Assembly (NCBI GenBank): GCA_001938485.1
Contig: MQRK01248900.1
Location: 1 to 64,000, forward strand
Reading direction: 5' to 3'
Length of the DNA stretch: 64,000 nt
Source: Girardia tigrina
Lineage: Eukaryota
The position numbers and the translations under genes are program-made. Shown here piece by piece: positions 52,454 through 64,000 of this stretch (its first letter is position 1; each line of letters starts with the position of its first letter). The notes under the pieces were generated by a model. The model was not told the DNA's origin and did not search any database. It saw only the letters and a program-made list of their open reading frames with translations.

Positions 52454-52991
52454 AAATTTAAATATTAAATTTTATATTGGAATCCAAAATTAAAATTTAC
52501 TTTATTAACTTTATAGTAAATCTTTTTATTAAATATATATTAAATTTTAATAAACTATCGTAAAATTTTATCTTTAACTTTTGTTAGGAATTAAAAGAAA
52601 TATTAAGAAAATTTTTTAAATAAGGTTAAATTAAATATATACAAATTAAAATTTAGATACATTTAAATATGTAAAGTTTGAAAAAGACATTTTTTTAAAA
52701 TTAATAAGATCTAATATTTTAAGATTATTAAATTTAAATATTAAATTTTATATTGGAATCCAAAATTAAAATTTACTTTATTAACTTTATAGTAAATCTT
52801 TTTATTAAATATATATTAAATTTTAATAAACTATCGTAAAATTTTATCTTTAACTTTTGTTAGGAATTAAAAGAAATATTAAGAAAATTTTTTAAATAAG
52901 GTTAAATTAAATATATACAAATTAAAATTTAGATACATTTAAATATGTAAAGTTTGAAAAAGACATTTTTTTAAAATTAATAAGATCTAAT
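52454..52991. repeat. Near-perfect direct tandem duplication, period 276 bp
   Basis: 52454-52715 is repeated at 52730-52991. Confidence 0.9.
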
Positions 52992-55066
52992 TAAAATGTT
53001 AAGAAGTAAGAATTTTTGAAGTAGTCTAAAATATAATATACAAATTAAAATGTATAATTTTTTAAATGTGTAACGATTTAAAAAATTAAACGAAACGATT
53101 AAATATTTTAAAATGTTATCGTAATTTAAAAATGATTTATAAAATTAAAATAAAATCAAATATTAATATTATAAGTATTTTTATTTATATCGGTTTAAGA
53201 TTTATAAAACAAATTGTTTCTGAAAATATAATTTTGTTTAAAAATTAGATTTAAACATTTTTTGTTGTGGATAATAATAAAATTTGAATGTCTGAAGTAA
53301 CTCTTAACCTTAAAATGCATGCCCAACTTTTTTTCTGAATAATAAAATATTTTTACCTACCTACACTATTGCTTCAACTACATTGTAACATTTGTTGCGT
53401 CATATTTTTCTGATAATAGTGTTCATCATTATGGATAAAACTCTCAGCAATACGATAAAATTAAAGCGGAAACCGAAACATTTCGGGAAGCTACATTTTT
53501 CAATATTTTTTCAAACGTACTCGAAGAGCGATAATGGCCACTTTAGGGTTAATACTAATTCTGAGGATGTTCCAAAAACATCTAAGAACTTTAATTATTT
53601 TTTTTTAATTTGGTAAATCTTATTTTAACAAAATCCCTAAATCTACTTTACGAAATATATTTTTTTTAATTATTAAACTTGTCAGATTTTAAAACGAAAA
53701 AAATTTATGAACTCACCAGAAAGCCTTACAAATATATTAATGTGTATAATTAAAAAAATTAATGTATTTAGTAAATACGTACTTTAATCACACTATAATG
53801 AAGTCCGTTTTAGTAAAATTTTGCATACATGGAACGAAGTAGTATGAATGATGGCAAAGAAAGGCTTAAGGCTTGAAAGGAACGCTCCATATTTTAATGT
53901 CAAATATAATGAAATTTTGCTCATAAAGAAATATTTTTAATTCGCAAATTTTATATTTTCTCAATTATTTTTGTCTTTAATTTATCTTTTTAATAGTTAA
54001 TTAAATATTTATAATTGACTTAATGATGATAGGTTTTAGTATGTAATAACTTTTACTTACATCTTTATAAGATTTTTTTCATTTTTCTACTTTTAATAAT
54101 TCAAATTAATAATGAAAACGATAATAATAATAATAATAATAATAAGTTTGGCAAGAAAGTTAGAATTGTGATTAATTGCCAAAATATTTAATCGCTTCGT
54201 TTAATTTTATTTATTTTTAAAATCGTTACACATTTAAAAATTTACACTTTAATTTGTATATTATTATTATTATTATTATTATTATTTTATAATTACTATT
54301 ACTATTAATATTAATAATATAATGACAGTGATTGTAGTAATCATGATATATTATAATGCGTATACAAGAATTGGATATTAAACATGATATTCATATTTAT
54401 TAAGAACATTTAAACAAGTCTCGTTTGAATGTTTATTACAATCACATTTAGTCATTACAACTCTTAGAAAGTCTTTCATCGTTTGCCATCGTTCTAATTG
54501 GTTTTCTTATTTCTGTTTTTAATCATGATTATTCGAACAATTTTTCTAAATTATTATTTAAAATATTTAGCCTCTAAAAATATCAATTAAAGAAATAATA
54601 ATTTTTACCATTTTTCAATAAATCTTAAAATAATAAAAATGTCATCAAATTATTAAAAATGCATTTAATTTAAATTTTACTAAAAATTATTAAACTTAAT
54701 TTTAATTCTGAAATTAAAGATATGAACTTATAAAATGATTATTTTAATTATGTTCGAATAGTCAATCAATTTAAAGTTAAATAAAAAATACCAATTTCCG
54801 TCTGGGTGGGAGAATCACCATTCTAAATTCAACATACTTAAATCAACATACAACATCCATACATTTACACATTCAAACAATTTAAAATATTCCTCACAAT
54901 ATTCATACATGATATACATGATAAAATTTCTATAAATTTATTTTATCTGTTTTAATATTTTTATTATTTTTATTTTATTTCATTTTTCTCTTTGAAATTT
55001 AAGAGTTTTAAAGATTTGACTTTGAAATTATTATCTTTTAATTATTTATCTATGTAATTTTACCAG

Positions 55067-55248
55067 ATATTGTTCTTAATTTCCGAACAACATATGTAAA
55101 TAAAGCCGGCCAGGTTATTTATGATCCAAAAGCCATTGCAAAAAATTATGCTAAAGGATGGTTTATTCTGGATCTTTTTGCGGCTGTTCCTGTTGATGTA
55201 ATTGATCTACTTTCAAATCAAAAAGCATCTCAAGTTTTCGGAGCAGTG
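55067..55248 (+). CDS. elk: ELK channel exon 6 (end of S2, S3); gene continues beyond the window
   Basis: Acceptor ccag|AT. Translates DIVLNFRTTYVNKAGQVIYDPKAIAKNYAKGWFILDLFAAVPVD...FGAV. Phase-0 donor GTAAAT at 55249. Confidence 0.95.
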
Positions 55249-55639
55249 GTAAATTGGATTTTTATATATAATTATATATATGTATATAGTGTAATAAGTA
55301 TACAAATATTTTTTTATCATTTATTTAATATTTGAAGTCCAAAAGTGTCAATTTCTAGTTTTATATTTGGTTTTTTGGAAAGAATAGTCAATATATGATT
55401 TACTAATAAAAGTCAAAACAATGAAATTCTGACTTTCTTGCCAAACTTATTTTCTTCTAGAATAATAAATAAAAATACTAAAATAATACACATAATATCA
55501 ATATTATCTTTCAGAAAACTAAATGTTACTGTCGCAATTTATTTCGATGGCTTTTCCACAATCTTCAGGGTTAATTAATAAAAAAATTTCTGTTTTATAA
55601 ATAACAAATTGAAATTATGCAAACACCTTGTGTAATAAC

Positions 55640-56670
55640 CAGGGTGACCTTAGAATTGACCCAAAAATATATTTTTAGACTTTATTATCATAGAGTTTTT
55701 ACTTTATTTTGAATTTATTTTTTATATAAAAAATTGACTATAAAACAGAGATAATATAAACCACTTTATTTTAACAACTTTAAGATAAAAAATAGACTAA
55801 ATTCAAACCAAATTAATTTTTTCTAATCACAAAAGAAGTATTAGTCGTTGCCAATCATTTTCCTTGCTTTTATTGTATGCTTTTCCTTGTCTTTCCACAA
55901 AATGTTTCCAAGAATAGAAAGCAGCGGTCAACATCATCCAAAGTTAATTGACAGGTAAGCAACATCTAATAATTGCTTGGAGAAATATCCTGCCGTTTAT
56001 GATGGACGACATCTAATATTTCGTTTTTTTCCAAATCTTTTACTATGTAACCAGATACATTGAATGAATCCTCGTGTAAAGATACCGTACTTAAGTCAAT
56101 GTATGCTGTTCCTATAGTATATGAGCTGCTTTGGGTCACTTTAACATAGTTTAATAAACTAGAATAATTTTGTGATGTTTACCAACTCGTCTTCTGAATT
56201 CTCATGTGCTAAGGCTGTTCTGACACGGGTAATAAGAACTCCATCATTTTTGATTTTTTCGACAATAAATCGAATTGCAAGCAAATGATCAGAGTACCAG
56301 ATCGCTGCAGTTAGTCATTTCCCCAAACGTGTGAGTGGCGCTGAGGTTGTTGGCCGATTTCATCAAAATGCAGACAACGAACACCGTTTGCTTTCATTCT
56401 TGCTAATAGATCATCGACTGCTGGAAAGAATGCACGAATTCTTAACGCACAAATATGCAAAAGATGTGCAACAAATGTGACGTTCCCTATTGATTGATTC
56501 ATGGTTATTAATTTAGTACCACATAATATGATGTATGCTAATGCATCTGTAAGGTGTAAATAGAAATTTTCAATAGTAATACTAATAAAACGAATAGCAT
56601 CATCAATATGCTGAACAACTAAGTTGCAGTTGATAGCAGTAGCCAACTGCACATATTCAAAAGTCAATGT
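55640..56670 (-). pseudogene. Degenerate hAT-like (DUF659-type) transposase with one TIR-like end
   Basis: VTFVAHLLHICALRIRAFFPAVDDLLA (CxAH motif), TRLGK*LTAAIWY (TRWGSW-like), DVDRCF (VERSFS-like); CAGGGTGACC end at 55640. Confidence 0.72.
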
Positions 56671-56759
56671 TAAGGTTATTGTTAGTAGATAATGACATAA
56701 AAATTATATAATAATATCTTCAAATATATATTAATAAATATATTAATAATTATAATAAT

Positions 56760-57174
56760 TCAACTACTTATAAATACAGGTAGATAATAATAATAAAATT
56801 ATTAAATAAAAAAATAAAAAAATATATAAAAAAATTAAATTTGAAAAAATTGAAAAATTAAATAAAAGTTTGTTTGTTGGTTTGTTTGTATGTTTGTCGG
56901 TCACGCTATGATCAAAATGTAAAATTTAGAATGTACCGGAGCGACTCCACGTAAGAACGTGGTCAATCTAGATAGCTGCGTCGAGACGATTCCATCGGGG
57001 CATTGCTTTCGACAAAAAACGCTGGAAAGCCAAAGAAATCGACCGACTGTTAGATCAACACGGAATTTGAAACAATAAATAATAAATTATAATAAATACG
57101 ATTAAGAATTTAAGCAGAAACTTTCAAAGACGAAAATTCAGCTCACCCGTCATATATGGCGGGTCTTTTTCTAG
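56760..57174 (+). mobile_element. Non-autonomous Helitron
   Basis: 3' hairpin ACCCGTCATATATGGCGGGT (57145-57164) followed by CTAG|T (57171-57175); (GTTT)n microsatellite; related copy at 59005-59360. Confidence 0.85.
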
Positions 57175-59004
57175 TCTAACAAATACTTAACAAAAAGACA
57201 ATACAACAATTTCCGATACAATTGCTTTTTTGAAAAAGTAGACGAAACTGTCTTTAGTTCCTTGTAGTTTGTAGCAATTATGTAAAAAAATTCCTCTGCC
57301 ACAGACTTGAACAATGAATTGTTTTTTTCTTAGGGGCCCCTTAACAAAATTAAAATCTTAAGATTTTATCGAAAATAACATTTTTATTAACATAGTTAAA
57401 ATATTAAAGAAGTAAAATTGTATATCAATTTTAAGAATAGTTTCATGATAAACTTTAAACAAATAATACTTATCGGAACATTTTTTCATGACTTCTGTAG
57501 AAATATCACAATGTTTCCCTGGACATCTTTTCTAAGAAACCCTTTATGATTATATGTACAGACTATGAAATTCTTTTGATTGGAAATTTCCCTCTAAAGT
57601 TAAACCATCATTGTCAAATGACAAAGAATGTAAACGTGATTTTAAATATATAATTTACTGAACAAAAATAATAATATAATGACTGTTGTAATGGGGCATT
57701 AAGTCGCATTAAATAAGATTCTTGTTAGAGCCTTTTCTTCTTTAATCTTTAGATCTATGTTATAAATAAAAATGTTCTTTTACAAATACTATTATTTGGA
57801 CCAATATTATATAATATATATTATACTTATACATATATTATTACTTCAAAACTAATAATAAAAACATATGCTAGTCATACACTCGGTAATAAAATAGAAA
57901 TATTTTAGTATAACATTTATCGGAAAAATTAAAAAAAAAGTCGATGGAACCATAAAAATTTATAAGGAATGTTTAGAATTTTGTTAGTTGATTAAAACGA
58001 AATTTTAAAAACTTTTTTTTTACTTATTTCTTTTAAAATTGATTTTGTTTTTTATACATGAAAAAAATTTACTTTGTTAATAAGAACAACTTTAAGGTAA
58101 ATTGTCAGATTAAATTGTTTTTTAAATATTTAAATTAAAATAAAAATTTTATTTTTGTAAAACTGTTATAAAATTAATTAATTAATTTTGAATAAAAAAT
58201 AATTGAGCCAATTAAAATATTTTTTAATTAATTTCTACGGTTTGGTCATCATTATCAAAAACTAGTAAATCAAAAAATTAAATTTTTATATCCATTCTTT
58301 ATGGCAGACAGAATTCTACTTTGCCAACAAAGTTTTAATTAAAAAACATAATTTAAAAAAACACAATAAAAAATATATATAAAATACTTATAATTATAAG
58401 TAGATCTTTTTCGAATAATATTGTTATAGATCTCAGAATTTTCAATTTTTTTCCATTTTGAGACATTAAAAAGTTTTTTTTTATTAAATTTTCACATAAT
58501 ATTTTATTGTCATCGAAAATGAGTAAGCGTGCAAAGTTTGAAGAAAATTAATTAACTAAAAAGCCTTCAAAAATAGGTTTCTAAATTCCATGGATACATA
58601 TATAGAAAGTAAGCTAATAGAATGAATGGAAAAAATAATTTTAAAAAATAAATTAACTTCAAAAATAAAGTTCGGTATGATATAATCAATTCGCCAATAG
58701 TTAATCATTTGATATTCGGAATAATGGCACTAGGAAAAGAGAGACCTCCTAAAAAATGAACCCTGACAAAGAGACAAGTCGAAATTAATTAACGAACAAA
58801 TTAATAGTAATTTAATTTCAAAGGGTGCTTTAAGGGTATGCAATCATCAATGTCTGCAAAAAGTAAAAATATATTGAAAAAAAATACAAAATAAAAATTT
58901 TTAAAAGATTCATTTCATATAAATATGAGACAAAACATCTTTATTACATAAGTCAAAATTCAGAGTAAAATTTTATTCCAAACAAAATTCAAAAAAGAAA
59001 TCAA

Positions 59005-59360
59005 TTCAAGAAATTACAACTGTCATGTATGACGGGGAAGTTAAATTTTGTCTTTGAAAGTTTGTGTTTTATTTAAAAAATCGTAGTTATAATTTGTTAT
59101 ATATTGTTTCGAATTGGGTGTTTAATTTTTCAAGTTTTTTAAATTTAATTTTTTTATTTTCTTTACAAACATAACACTAACCCCTAACACCCAACCCTAA
59201 CCCTAACATAACCTTAACCCTTAACCTAAACCATAACTTTAACCCTAACCATAACACCAAACACTAATCTTAACCCTAATCCTAACCCCAACCCGTAAAA
59301 CGATTTTTACAACAAAAAATTTAATTAATTTAATTATCTACTTACTATTGTAAGTAAATA
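59005..59360 (-). mobile_element. Related Helitron copy containing a degenerate (TTAGGG)n tract
   Basis: Reverse complement AAACTTTCAAAGACAAAATTT...CCCGTCATACATGACAG matches 57118-57164; ~20 TAACCC-like units at 59172-59294. Confidence 0.72.
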
Positions 59361-59539
59361 ATATGAGCAATACGCAGATGAAACATTGGGCTTACACATA
59401 TATATATATATAATGTAATATATTTTTGTAATTTGTGGAATAACTTAGAAACAGTCAAAATCATTAATTATATTATCAAAAAGCAAATAAAATTTAGATT
59501 ATCTAACATATTTCGCTTTTTATTGACGAAATAATTAAA

Positions 59540-60050
59540 ATCATAAAATTAAAATTTTCATATTGTATGATTAAGATGTCTTTATGAAAAAAAGTTTTTT
59601 GCGTAAAGTATTTCTTAATTATTCATAAATATTGGAATAAAGGGACTTATTTATCAACAAATTAAGAGTGGTTCATTTAAAATGTAAGATGATATTGAGT
59701 ATACAAGACAATTTTTAAGAAAGACACAATCAGTATAGCAAGAACCTATTTTTCTTGTTATGGACAATACATCTTGTCATATTTCAATCGAGGGTATTTG
59801 AGAAGAAAAAGAGTTTACAATGAATAAAATTCGTACTTCAGCTCCATACAGTACAATAATGAACTCTGTTGATCCAGTTTGGTGATGTTAAAAGGCATCA
59901 TTAAAAGGACAAGTTCCAATTCAATTACTTAAAATCTTGTCAGATAAACTAATTCAGGTTTAAGTATATTTTATTACTATATTTTGTCTTCCTCATATTC
60001 AATGTTTTAAATTTAACAAAAAAATGCAATTGCGTACCAATTTATCCCTC
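59540..60050 (+). pseudogene. Degenerate Tc1/IS630-like transposase C-terminus
   Basis: FLVMDNTSCH and APYSTIMNSVDPVW resemble the DNAxxH and PYSPxLNPIExxW motifs. Confidence 0.65.
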
Positions 60051-61559
60051 ATGTTTTAGTTTATTTTAAATTACTTTTATTGTATATTTAATGGAATATA
60101 TTTAATGGAATTTTGTCCAAATTATAATAAATAATAATTATTATCATTTGTTTGTCGTTTATTTGTTTAGGGAATCACTTTCTTCAGAAATTTGTGTTTA
60201 TGATATTTGAAAATATATAAATTATATATTTTGCTTTTATAATCAGTTTTGATGGGTTGGGCTTATTTCTTCTTTTTATGAAATAGATCATTTTACTTTG
60301 TAATTTTATTTTAAGTACTTTCAGTTAAATAATTATGAGCATTTGAGTGAACCAAATATAATGGATCAAATGTAATCTCATTCATTTAAAGAGATAATTT
60401 TGATTTATTTTCAGTTCTTTTTGGTCATTGAAGTCAAAATTCTTTTTCTATAATTTAAGTATATTATCTTATTGAATAAGCAAATAATTTTATTTATCTA
60501 AACAAATGGATAAATAAAATTAATGCCTTTTGCATATCAATTTCTTTTCAACATTTATTTTAATTTAATGTATTCAATTTTTGAAGAAATTATTAATATT
60601 TAGGTATAAATGATTTTAAAGGAAGTTAACTTTTTACATTAGAACTAATGAGTTAGGTAAGGAATAAGGAAAGTAAATTGATACCAAACTTAGGTCCCAT
60701 CCTCAAAGATAAAGTTGCTCAGTCTCTACATGTTATTATCTATTTTATTATCTATTTATTTATTTTTATTTATATTAGGTTCGTGATTGAAATCAAAATT
60801 CATAATTTGCAAACTTTTAATTCTATCTACAATTTTCATTATTGAAACAAATTTATGAGGAACTATTTCAATTTCATAATCCAGATCTAAAAATTCTAAA
60901 TATACATAATAATATCGATAAATAAATAAATATGTTATTTTATTCAATTTGTTATAAATTTAGATCTTTAAATATATTTTGAAAATTCAATTTAAACATA
61001 GTGATTATTAATAATTTAAACTATACATTATTTCTCTTTAATAAAACATTTTATTTCTTTTTAATAAAAATTTGCAAAAACAATTTACAACTTTAAGATA
61101 CAATTCACAAATTTGAAATACAGCAAATATTATTTTATTTTTGAATATAAATCACGATTTTTTAAAATACACAAATNNNNNNNNNNNNNNNNNNNNNNNN
61201 NNNNNNNNNNNNNNNNNNNNNNNNNNNNNNNNNNNNNNNNNNNNNNNNNNNNNNNNNGTTTTAAATATTTATTTTACAGATTATTTATAACAATTAATTA
61301 TTTTCAAATTAATAAAATTTTTAATATTATTTTTGATTTATTTAAAATATAAATATGATTTTTTAAAAATATCGAACATTTAAAAATATCAAAAATTTAA
61401 AGATCACCAAAAAGAACCCCGACAATTTATATTTCACATTACATGCAATATAAAAATCAATTTGAAGAGACAACAGAATATTGCTAATAGTAAACTAAAT
61501 ATTTACAAAATAGACAAAAAAATTTTGAATGTTAAATTTTTATTTTAAAGTTATGCATG

Positions 61560-63200
61560 ATTGCATTTAAGAACTTCTTTGAAGGTCTATTTCTTAATTT
61601 TGTAGAAACATTTCCAGCTAAGGAAAAAATCCTCTTAATTTCAGTACTGGTTCGTTTTATGGAAAGGAGTAAATTTTATAAAAAATCTTTTTTTGTACTC
61701 CTTCAAGTTACTTCAAACATATTGATGTAATGAAGCTATTAGATTTTGCTATATGTAATTTTTTAAAATATAAACGAATAAAATAATTAGACTGATAATA
61801 AATAATTAATATATTTTAAATAAAAGTCAGAAAAAATGTCAAATGTGTGTTCACAATAAAAAGAAAGATTAGTTCAAAAAGGGAAGTAATTCAGTAATAA
61901 TTGAAGTATTATTTTACTTTTTGTTTTAAACCGCGACCGATTATAGATAACTAATTGGGATTGGAGGTTCAACATGAGAATAGATAATGGATCGGAAAAT
62001 AGATTGAGTATCATGTTATTTCTCAAGTCACTTAACCAGTTAAAAGCCTAATTTAGTTTCAAAAGTCTATATGTGGGTGCTTAATTAAATTAGGCGAAGA
62101 CGTATATATACATCAAACGTCATAGCAAATGATATTTTTTATCTACAAGGCGTCAAACAATATATTCCAAACTCATCACAAAGAGAATTTGGCATATATA
62201 TGTCAAAATCGTTTAACTGGGTCAATAAAATTCCTTTTTAGTACTTGATATTTATCCCATTTTGTAGAAGATGGAATCATTTGAATTTATATTAAGTCTG
62301 TATAAGATTCATTTGTCCTATTTGCTGTCTTCTGGAATTTGTCTCTTTTCTGTCGCTTGAAAATGTTTCTGCATCGTAGTATTTAATATTAGATGTAATT
62401 CAGTGGATTTTGGGGCTTTTGCTTTTGCGATCAACTTTTAATGATAATTTATTTGTCCTACATATGAACAGAGTTAAAAGATAGTGATAACTAGGGCACG
62501 GAATTTAATGACCTTAAAAATCAAAAAATGACTCTTTTTTATTTCCTCTTTCCGGATGAGATATTATTTTGTTCTTCTCTCTGCCGATAGAGTCGCCACC
62601 GTCACCAATCTGCCGCAGTCACACCACTGCGCCACCAACTCTGTTATCAATGATTATTATTATTATTATTATTAATAAAGAGAGGAAATAAAATAGAGTC
62701 ATGTTTTTGATTTTTAAGGTTATTAAATTCCGTGCCCTAGTGATAACAAGCAATACTTGCAATTTCTGTAATAATGGCCCACTACAATTTTGCTGGCACC
62801 ATAAACTTTATCACAACTTACAATTTATTCAATTTATGTTAAACTTTTACGTCATTTACCCTTAAGAATTTATTTCTTTCTTAAATGTAATTCCTGAAAT
62901 ATAAGACTACATATTTTACAAAAATTCTCGGAAATTCTAAGTTCAGAAGATACTCAAGGTTATCAGTAAATAAAACCACAGTAACTCAATGGTATCAATA
63001 TTCCTACTGCCAGTCCGTCCATTTTGGGGATGCAATACAGTCATTATCGAATTGTAGTTTTTTCGTAAAGAATTTTGTTCTTTTAATGATAGGACCACTT
63101 GAAAATGTTTTATTAAGAACAAAACATGGCTCTTTTAGATTTTAAATAATTTCAAAAAATGTTTGCTGTAATACTATAGATAATTGAAGTGTCTCAATGG
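61560..63200 (-). pseudogene. Degenerate hAT transposase interrupted by a MITE
   Basis: RIFSLAGNVST (~61600-61635, minus) matches the ERxFSxAG dimerization motif; the rest is heavily decayed. Confidence 0.5.
62492..62739. mobile_element. Complete hAT MITE, 248 bp
   Basis: Perfect TSD GTGATAAC; long TIRs TAGGGCACGGAATTTAATGACCTTAAAAA / TTTTTAAGGTTATTAAATTCCGTGCCCTA. Confidence 0.95.
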
Positions 63201-63943
63201 AATTAATGTAAATTTCACAAAATATTCATGAATAATAAACTGTTTCTTATTTCTCCTCCATTATTAATCCTTGCTCGTAATTATTAATATTAAGCTGAAA
63301 TATTGAATAATAAATTAAGTTATCCAAAATTTTTTCCGGTAAATATTTCTGTTTTCATAAATATAAAATTAATTAAACAATAATTTTTATTCATTATTTT
63401 ATATTTTGATATGAAAATTTTAAAGGTACATAGGTTTACTTCTTAAAATCTTTCTAGACAAAAGTTTATACCATTAATTTATTTATCTATTTAAATTTTT
63501 CTTAAGTATTAAATATTTTCGTAAAATTGATAGTAATATATAAAATAAATATTCAGTTTTATTTTATTAGTTTAAATGAAACAAACTTAATAAATAATAT
63601 TGAATTAATAATTAAGGAATATTATTAATATAATTTAACAAATAAATAAATAAAGTAAATAATCACAAAATGTGCTTCAGAAATAGTTAAACCCCGTTAA
63701 AATTTATTGCTATAAAATATAAAAAAGTAAATATAAAAAAATTTATTGCTATAAATTCCTGTTCCTGTGGAGTACTCGCAATTCGACGAAAAGCATTCGT
63801 TTCAGAAATCTTTCTTTTTCTGTAAATAGGTAGAGATAGATCGGAAAGATAATCATCTTTTGTCCTTCCTTGATAATGGTTTATTGAATATATGCATAAG
63901 TTGATCTTCGAATTTACGATAAGACATATAGAAATCAGAATTT

Positions 63944-63985
63944 ATTGTTATTAATTTCGACGGATCAACCGTCATCATCAGACTG
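63944..63985 (-). ncRNA. Minimal type-I hammerhead ribozyme with intact core (Penelope-like)
   Basis: Minus strand: GU-CUGAUGA-U-GACGG uugau CCGUC-GAA-AUUAAU-A|AC. Perfect core boxes, 5-bp stem II, palindromic AUUAAU stem III, very short stem I. Confidence 0.75.
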
Positions 63986-64000
63986 AATTAACAATGATAT

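Larger units (their letters stand above)
50726..54898. mobile_element. Gypsy LTR-derived structure with long inverted arms (TGTGAGG...CCTCACA)
   Basis: 50726-51760 (excluding the nested solo LTR) is the reverse complement of 54390-54898; 53030-53110 is inverted to 54180-54265. Confidence 0.85.

Noticed and set aside
52454-52991. 276-bp duplication as a functional feature
   Set aside because: Extremely AT-rich and essentially identical copies; could be an assembly artefact or neutral slippage.
59172-59294. True telomere or chromosome fusion site
   Set aside because: Short, degenerate, single orientation and embedded in a TE.
60171-60203. Candidate ELK exon 7 after tttgtttag
   Set aside because: The phase-0 frame stops after 10 codons and has no S4 (RLLRL) motif. 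No S4 exon was found in 55249-64000.

Overview
Very AT-rich eukaryotic draft-assembly window with several N gaps and (TA)n tracts. It is most consistent with a freshwater planarian or other flatworm; this is inferred from composition, a 45-nt intron and the TE spectrum. The single host gene is an ELK-subfamily (Kv12/KCNH3/4/8-like) EAG voltage-gated K+ channel on the + strand. Six coding exons (6719-55248) splice in frame and cover the PAS-cap, PAS/PAC and S1-S3; S4 onward was not found and probably lies beyond the window. The large introns are filled with mobile elements: mariner, DD41D and Tc1 remnants, hAT and piggyBac transposase relics, MITEs with exact TSDs, Helitron ends, Gypsy LTR pieces, an RTE-like RT relic and Penelope-like 3' ends with minimal hammerhead ribozymes. 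The most unusual items are a 5S-rRNA-derived SINE with an intact 5S terminal stem, a minisatellite built from RFX X-box motifs, hammerheads that are inactivated wherever they lie sense to the channel pre-mRNA, a ~4.2-kb LTR-derived structure with long inverted arms, a Helitron carrying telomere-like repeats, and three compact virus-like ORFs.
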